Origin: a virus
Taxonomy: Duplodnaviria > Caudoviricetes
DNA: 30,845 bases
IMG/VR virus record: IMGVR_UViG_3300025120_000311
Location: 1 to 30,845 of that record
Direction: 5' to 3' (one strand)
Shown here piece by piece: positions 26,124-30,845 of this stretch (position 1 is the first letter of the stretch; each line of letters starts with the position of its first letter). Under the pieces are notes generated by a model that was given only the letters and a program-made list of their open reading frames with translations, was not told the DNA's origin and did not search any database. Made by a program: the position numbers and the translations under genes.

Positions 26124-26604
26124 TTTCGATGATGATGAGTCTATTCGTATAGCTCGTCGTCAATGGATGGACCCAGATAGAAAGGAAAAGGTTATGGGTA
26201 AGTTAAAACAAATGGTTATGGATTATGAATATATGCACCCCCAAATGTTGCTTGGGTCTTTGTCTGGTAATAAATTGTTAGGCTTTGGCGAGGCGAGTTA
26301 TGGTGAACTAGAAAATGTTCTTGGGCCACCAATACTTAAACAACAGCGTAACTTCAATGGTTACGCAATAACAGAGTTTAATAGAAAAATTCAAAGACCC
26401 GTCTGGTCTTGGACTGTGCGAGTTGCATGGGGGTTAATATGGAGCGATGGTGCTTCCATTATTATTCATGACCGTGATAGTTCTGTCAAAGATATGGAAG
26501 ATTTAAAACATTGGCATGTGACTGGTTGTCGAAGCGGATGGGAACGATTAAATTCGGGCTTGATCATTGATGAGTATTGTGTCAAACTAAATGTCCTCCC
26601 TTAA
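26107..26604 (+). CDS. Hypothetical protein
   Basis: 165-aa ORF ending just before a terminator. An internal AGAAAGGA RBS suggests an alternative start at 26194. Confidence 0.55.
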   Translation: MTKDIDFDDDESIRIARRQWMDPDRKEKVMGKLKQMVMDYEYMHPQMLLGSLSGNKLLGFGEASYGELENVLGPPILKQQRNFNGYAITEFNRKIQRPVWSWTVRVAWGLIWSDGASIIIHDRDSSVKDMEDLKHWHVTGCRSGWERLNSGLIIDEYCVKLNVLP

Positions 26605-26607
26605 CTT

Positions 26608-26635
26608 GAGACGGCTTTCGAGCCGTCTCTTTTTT
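26608..26635 (+). terminator. Rho-independent terminator
   Basis: GAGACGGCT-TTCG-AGCCGTCTC is a perfect 9-bp stem with a UUCG loop, followed by T6. Confidence 0.92.
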
Positions 26636-26696
26636 ACTCATAAAATAGTTTATTTTGAGACTAAACTTCTTAGGCTTGTTAGTTTACTATAGTAAC

Positions 26697-26719
26697 AGTT
26701 AATGAAGCGTTCATTAACT
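26697..26719. promoter_or_regulatory. Palindromic operator-like site
   Basis: AGTTAATGAA-GCG-TTCATTAACT has perfect 10-bp arms and lies between an ACTATA promoter-like motif (26686) and the regulator gene start. Confidence 0.55.
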
Positions 26720-26748
26720 TTAATCTTGTCATATAGGGAGAAAGCTAA

Positions 26749-27297
26749 ATGACAAATATTGAAAGCCATAAGTCGGTAGCTGTTGAGTTACCTACGTTTC
26801 GTGTATTGAAGGCTGTTGCTGATAAAGAGTTTCGTACACCTTCAAAACAAATCGCCTTCTTAATTGCTTCTATGTACCCAGAAATCTGGGAAGAGCATGT
26901 CGAGATGGAAGTAAGTGCTGTTTTACCTACGTTAGATGGTTCAGTTGTACCGTTTAACCACGATAAAGTTCCTGACGATACACGGTCTCAATACCGTACA
27001 TGGCAGGTACTTGTTTGCCTTTATAAGAATAGGTCTTTGGGGCCACTTCGTACGCCACAGTTGGCTACAGCGATTGGATATACCCATGAAAATTCCTTAT
27101 CATCTGCTCTTAGTCGTCCACGTGATGTTGGGTTGATTACTTCACGTGCTATCGGCGTTACGGCACGTGAGCTTGAGTGGTCTCTTACTGACTTTGGTCG
27201 GTTTGTTGCTAAAGATCTTGACGATAATATCCCTATCCGCTTGACGCAGACTATATTAGATCAATACCAGCGTCAGTTTATGAGGGCCGCGTCATGA
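26749..27297 (+). CDS. Transcriptional regulator: ribbon-helix-helix-like N-terminus plus winged-HTH C-terminus
   Basis: N-terminal KSVAV...FRVLKAVADKEFRTPSKQIAFLI (Arc/RHH-like). C-terminal QVLVCL..PLRTPQLATAIG..SLSSALSR..VGLI....WSLTDFGR (MarR-like wHTH). Confidence 0.65.
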   Translation: MTNIESHKSVAVELPTFRVLKAVADKEFRTPSKQIAFLIASMYPEIWEEHVEMEVSAVLPTLDGSVVPFNHDKVPDDTRSQYRTWQVLVCLYKNRSLGPLRTPQLATAIGYTHENSLSSALSRPRDVGLITSRAIGVTARELEWSLTDFGRFVAKDLDDNIPIRLTQTILDQYQRQFMRAAS

Positions 27298-27539
27298 ATA
27301 AAGCTCACGGTTCACCATATGACCGTGGCTCTGCCGACCGTTATTACGGTCGGCAGTATCAGCCACATTATCACCAGTTTTTTGACGAGCCTTTTCATGG
27401 CCGTCATTATAGAGTTATTAAGTGCGAGAATATGACGTCCGAAGAAATGGACGAATATAGATTAGGTTGGAATCAGACTGATGATCGTAAAGATTGGGGC
27501 GATGGAGATTTTGCCCCAGAACAATCGAATAGAGCTTAG
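27294..27539 (+). CDS. Conserved phage hypothetical protein
   Basis: HGSPYDRGSADRYYGR..PHY...EY..G..KDWG motif. ATGA overlap with the upstream gene. Confidence 0.7.
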   Translation: MNKAHGSPYDRGSADRYYGRQYQPHYHQFFDEPFHGRHYRVIKCENMTSEEMDEYRLGWNQTDDRKDWGDGDFAPEQSNRA

Positions 27540-27683
27540 AGGGGGCAAACGAAAACTCCTTTCTGGGCGGGGTGCCAAGGTTTGTCCTCGTCCTGGCAAA
27601 AGTGGATATCACCATAGTTTGGTTCTATGGTAAAAGTTAGAGACTGTTATTGTTTATTGCCTTTTAGAAACTTGTTAACGCAA

Positions 27684-27859
27684 TCGTTCTGTGATGAAGG
27701 TAAGCGGTATCTGTAAAGACCCGTGGAAGCAGTTGATAACCGAAGGAAACGAGTAGTGAAATACAAGGCCGTAGCTGTCCACCCATTTTCGCCCTCGAAG
27801 GTTTGGTTTACGGAAGTGATGAAGATTAAAAGTCGGGTTTGCCTTAAATCATACAACGA
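27684..27859 (+). ncRNA. Candidate multi-branched structured ncRNA (~176 nt)
   Basis: About 20-bp interrupted closing stem enclosing four nested helices, several with G-U pairs and one with a GUAA tetraloop. Lies in a 420-bp gap without a convincing ORF. Confidence 0.55.
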
Positions 27860-27884
27860 CAAAGCTATGGAACACCTTACATTA

Positions 27885-27926
27885 TTTTGAGATATTATTC
27901 GCCTTTGCTCTCCACTATACTAATAT
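27885..27926 (+). promoter_or_regulatory. Putative early promoter (TTTGAGATATTATTCGC-N11-ACTATACTAATAT)
   Basis: Shares a 16/17-nt match and identical spacing to ACTATA with 30143-30180. Confidence 0.5.
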
Positions 27927-27962
27927 AGTAAGAGTAATCAGAAAGAAGAAAGGTATCAGCTG

Positions 27963-28208
27963 ATGTTTTATTGGCATAAAGAATCTGATCCGCTTGATGG
28001 GATCGTTCCGCTGTCCGGTGATATCGTCACTGTCTACGCGATGGATAAAACTATCTCGGCTATCCAAAAGAAGATTATTCGTCATATGGAAGTTTGGCCT
28101 AATAAGTATGCCGCTGACGACAAGTTCGTTGTAAAGAAGAAGCGCGGCATGAAGTTCTATCTTCATGGTGTTTATCAGTTAATCGACGGTAAGTTAAGGA
28201 GAGTATAA
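27963..28208 (+). CDS. Hypothetical protein
   Basis: 81 aa, basic, AAGG RBS, TAATG coupling to the next ORF. Confidence 0.55.
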   Translation: MFYWHKESDPLDGIVPLSGDIVTVYAMDKTISAIQKKIIRHMEVWPNKYAADDKFVVKKKRGMKFYLHGVYQLIDGKLRRV

Positions 28209-28408
28209 TGAAAGAGACGAAACAGAAACTTTATCAGCAGGTTGCTGATATTATCGGCGATATGTCGTTTGTCGATATCGATTTGATGGTCGACGCTTTA
28301 TTTGCCAAAAGCGAGACTTTGCCCTACACTTTCAACAGGGCTATCCATTGTAACTTAAAAAAACGAGAGGAGATTGCAAGAAATGAAATGCTCAATATGT
28401 CACGGTGA
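28208..28408 (+). CDS. Hypothetical protein
   Basis: AAGGAG RBS, 66 aa. Confidence 0.55.
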   Translation: MKETKQKLYQQVADIIGDMSFVDIDLMVDALFAKSETLPYTFNRAIHCNLKKREEIARNEMLNMSR

Positions 28409-28583
28409 TATCGACGTGCAGTGCCTCCCTAACGGTGAGCCGTACTGGGATAAAGGGCATAATGCATGGCCTGTAAATGAAGGCCAATGTTGTTCTGATT
28501 GTAATACGTTGGAAGTAATACCCGCCCGTCTCGAAGAAATGGGTAGGCAATTAAAAGGAGATATAAATGGCAGTAGAAAATAA
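28383..28583 (+). CDS. Small Zn-finger protein
   Basis: MKCSIC...GHNAWPVNEGQCCSDCN..VIPAR is a recurrent phage Cys-rich family. GAGGAG RBS before ATG 28383. Confidence 0.7.
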   Translation: MKCSICHGDIDVQCLPNGEPYWDKGHNAWPVNEGQCCSDCNTLEVIPARLEEMGRQLKGDINGSRK

Positions 28584-28752
28584 ACCGCGAATGCGTTCGT
28601 TGCTCTATCTTCATATGAATGATACAACTAACGGGAATCGCGCACCTTTGGCTAAACCACCTGTTCGATATAGTCGCGTTCTGACTGTAATTTTTGGTTT
28701 ATTTGTAACTTATCTTATAGGGTCGTTCATCCTTATAAGTTTGGGTATTTAA
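28567..28752 (+). CDS. Small membrane protein
   Basis: AAGGAG RBS. C-terminal TM segment VLTVIFGLFVTYLIGSFILISLGI. Confidence 0.55.
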   Translation: MAVENKPRMRSLLYLHMNDTTNGNRAPLAKPPVRYSRVLTVIFGLFVTYLIGSFILISLGI

Positions 28753-28985
28753 TGGAAACTTTTGGAGATCCTGGACGCATACAAGGGGCATTGGACGATA
28801 ACCGATGCCCTCGTTGCCTTATAAAATTACCACCGATAAATCAAAAAGGCGAATTTAAATGCACTGTTTGTCGTCTGATTATCGGTGGTAATTATGCTAA
28901 TAAAACCCAGCGTTTTGACGTTTTATTGATACGTTTTGTATACTATATTAATAAAGTAAGAAGTAAGTTTAGCCATCATAGATAA
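28752..28985 (+). CDS. Small Zn-ribbon protein
   Basis: CPRC...CTVC, TAATG coupling. The 3' third overlaps a promoter-like AT-rich stretch. Confidence 0.5.
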   Translation: METFGDPGRIQGALDDNRCPRCLIKLPPINQKGEFKCTVCRLIIGGNYANKTQRFDVLLIRFVYYINKVRSKFSHHR

Positions 28986-28996
28986 AGGAGAAAGAT

Positions 28997-30013
28997 ATGG
29001 CACATGAAGTTGAAACTATGGCATACGCAGGAACAGTTCCTTGGCACGGTCTCGGTGTTCCTGTTGAAGATAACCTTACGCCTGTACAGATGATGCAAGC
29101 CGCTGGTCTTGATTGGACAGTTTCTAAGCGTCCAGCCTATACTATCAATGAAGCTGAGTATCGCGAAGGTATGGACGAGTCTAATATTATGTATGTCGAG
29201 GACCACCATTTTCTTACACGCGATAGCGATAACAAAGTATTATCGCATTGCGGGGCGGATTATACTCCTATCCAAAACGAGCAGATCTTCGACTTCTTTA
29301 AGAAGTTTACAGACGCTGGTCATATGAAGATGGAGACAGCTGGTTCACTTAAAAGCGGTTCTGAGATCTGGGGTCTTGCTAAGATTTCTGCAGACTTCCA
29401 GTTAGCAGGTGGCGACGAGGTCAAAGGCTACCTACTCATAAACCAGCCACATATTTCTGGTAAGGCGATGGTCGTTAAGTTCACGCCTATTCGAGTTGTG
29501 TGTAATAATACACTTACCGTGGCTCTTAAAGATGGTGGTGCAGCGTTCCGTATGCCTCATATCCGCGAGTTCGATATGGATGTACAGCATGCCGCTGAAG
29601 AGGCTCTTGGTCTTTCTGAGGGTCGCCAGAAGGAGTTTAAAGAGCAAGCTGAGTTCCTATCTTCAAAGCAGTTTACAGGTGAGACTGTTATGAATTATAT
29701 CGCAGAGTTGTACCAGCCCCAGCTTCTAATCGAAAAAGCCAAGGTACGGTCAGACGAGGACTTTATACTTCAAGAAAAGTTCTCACGCACAGCCGAGATG
29801 GTTATGGGTGCAGTCGACCAGTCTCCAGGAGCGACACTTAAATCAGCCAAAGGTACTTGGTGGGGTGCGCTTAATGGTGTGACGTTTGTCGAGGACCACC
29901 AGCGTAAGGGTCAAGCTGAGGGTAACGCCCTTCATAGCGCATGGTTTGGCGCAGGAGCTAACCGTAAATCTAAGGCTCTCGCTAAAGCTATCGAGTACGC
30001 ATCAGCCGCGTAA
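28997..30013 (+). CDS. DUF932-family phage/plasmid protein
   Basis: MAHEVETMAYAGTVPWHGLG, AGLDWTV, YTPIQNE, ETAGSL, TPIRVVCNNTL and GTWWGALNGVT. AAGGAG RBS. Confidence 0.88.
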   Translation: MAHEVETMAYAGTVPWHGLGVPVEDNLTPVQMMQAAGLDWTVSKRPAYTINEAEYREGMDESNIMYVEDHHFLTRDSDNKVLSHCGADYTPIQNEQIFDFFKKFTDAGHMKMETAGSLKSGSEIWGLAKISADFQLAGGDEVKGYLLINQPHISGKAMVVKFTPIRVVCNNTLTVALKDGGAAFRMPHIREFDMDVQHAAEEALGLSEGRQKEFKEQAEFLSSKQFTGETVMNYIAELYQPQLLIEKAKVRSDEDFILQEKFSRTAEMVMGAVDQSPGATLKSAKGTWWGALNGVTFVEDHQRKGQAEGNALHSAWFGAGANRKSKALAKAIEYASAA

Positions 30014-30061
30014 TTAACAAAAAATGAAGCAGGGTTTTTTGAATCATTTCCCTGCTTCGTT

Positions 30062-30100
30062 GGCCCCAAGGTTAATCCTGCCGATGACCTTGGGGTTTTT
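30062..30100 (+). terminator. Rho-independent terminator (preceded by a second hairpin at 30026-30058)
   Basis: CCCCAAGGT / ACCTTGGGG stem followed by T5. The upstream hairpin is GAAGCAGGG / CCCTGCTTC. Confidence 0.75.
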
Positions 30101-30142
30101 CGTGCGCTGGTACTTGTTAGACTGACTCACTTATACCACTAC

Positions 30143-30185
30143 TTTGAGATAGTATTCGCTTACTTTGTTTACTATAATATATATA
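30143..30185 (+). promoter_or_regulatory. Putative early promoter (TTTGAGATAGTATTCGC-N11-ACTATAATATATA)
   Basis: Near-copy of the 27885 element, located after a terminator and before a new gene run. Confidence 0.55.
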
Positions 30186-30202
30186 AGGTTAATTAACAAA
30201 GG

Positions 30203-30412
30203 ATGATTGATATGCAAACGAAAACAGTAGAATACGTCAGCGTAAAAAACGGTGAGTTGGTTATTTCTCGTCATGTAGCAGAGGACCGCCCTGCTATGTG
30301 TGCTAACGAATATTGCGATAAGCCTTCACTTTATTCAGCAAGCGCTGACGTATCAAGCGCGTACTGCGATGAGTGCATCCACGAAGAATGTTATAGTGAC
30401 GGCGACATATAG
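30203..30412 (+). CDS. Small Cys-rich hypothetical protein
   Basis: CANEYC...YCDEC. An AAGGA RBS favours a start at 30212. Confidence 0.55.
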   Translation: MIDMQTKTVEYVSVKNGELVISRHVAEDRPAMCANEYCDKPSLYSASADVSSAYCDECIHEECYSDGDI

Positions 30413-30421
30413 GAGAAAGAT

Positions 30422-30718
30422 ATGATTTACATTTATGCACAGCGCGAGGGTTGCGATGATCGCTTAGTTGCTACACTCGATCAGCTCGACCAAGTTGTAC
30501 CCTTCGTTAATTTGTTAGACCAGTATGGTTATTGGCCAGAGAGTTATGAGGTCCGTGTCTTTTCTATGTATACTGGGATAATGTACCAGTTCACCGATAA
30601 GCTCGAACAAATAGGTATTTTCAATACTCGTTCTTCAATCATGGTTGATAAAATGCCCATATACCAAAATCCTTGGGAAGATGTCATGCATATCGAAGAT
30701 GGCTGGGTTCGTTATTAG
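30422..30718 (+). CDS. Hypothetical protein
   Basis: AGGAG RBS, 98 aa. Confidence 0.6.
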   Translation: MIYIYAQREGCDDRLVATLDQLDQVVPFVNLLDQYGYWPESYEVRVFSMYTGIMYQFTDKLEQIGIFNTRSSIMVDKMPIYQNPWEDVMHIEDGWVRY

Positions 30719-30729
30719 GAGGAATGATT

Positions 30730-30845
30730 ATGAAAGTTTGGGCAGTTAAATACGCGATCGATTCGCTCGATCCATCTCCTATGGTGATGTCGTTCGATAC
30801 GGAGCAAGAGGCGCACGATTGGGCGTCTCATGAAGTTTCGCAGCG
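30730..30845 (+). CDS. Hypothetical protein, 3'-truncated by the window end
   Basis: AGGAGG RBS, then MKVWAVKYAIDSLDPSPMVMSFDTEQEAHDWASHEVSQ open to the end of the window. Confidence 0.6.
   Translation, partial: MKVWAVKYAIDSLDPSPMVMSFDTEQEAHDWASHEVSQ

Noticed and set aside
27541-27589. c-di-GMP-I riboswitch (GGCAAAC ... GCGGGGTGCC resemblance)
   Set aside because: It is too short and lacks the GNRA-capped P2, the GCAAAG junction and P3.
27628-27890. Short plus-strand ORFs (about 29, 20 and 44 aa) and the minus-strand 71-aa ORF
   Set aside because: No good RBS or recognisable motifs. The nested base-pairing explains the region better, although small peptides cannot be excluded.

Overview
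A 30.8-kb segment of a tailed dsDNA phage genome. It looks podovirus-like and resembles uncultured marine phages; the alphaproteobacterial-type host is inference only. Left to right it contains four modules. (1) Virion genes, 1-10065: the 3' end of a tail-fibre gene, a P22-gp10-like tail stabilisation protein and four internal virion/ejection proteins. (2) A lysis cassette, 10069-12131, with an EF-hand membrane protein, a GTA-type holin and a T4-like lysozyme. (3) A replication and nucleotide-metabolism module, 12085-25333: HTH protein, SNF2 helicase, HD phosphohydrolase, SSB-like protein, AEP primase, UvrD helicase and a family A DNA polymerase. (4) An early region of small ORFs with repeated promoter-like motifs, an RHH+wHTH regulator and DUF932, 25409-end. 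The main finding is a translationally coupled cluster at 19968-24987: class I SAM methyltransferase, helical 5-hmdU DNA kinase (aGPT-Pplase1 family), dUMP hydroxymethylase-type TS homologue, Nmad1/MazG-like protein, then PolA. It looks like a thymidine hypermodification pathway in which a small-molecule-type methyltransferase sits where an amino acid:DNA transferase would be expected, so it may make an undescribed modified base. Two candidate structured ncRNAs (19853-19943 and 27684-27859) and an oppositely oriented 8-bp repeat array (14403-14490) also stand out. All family assignments come from motif recognition by eye; no database search was run.
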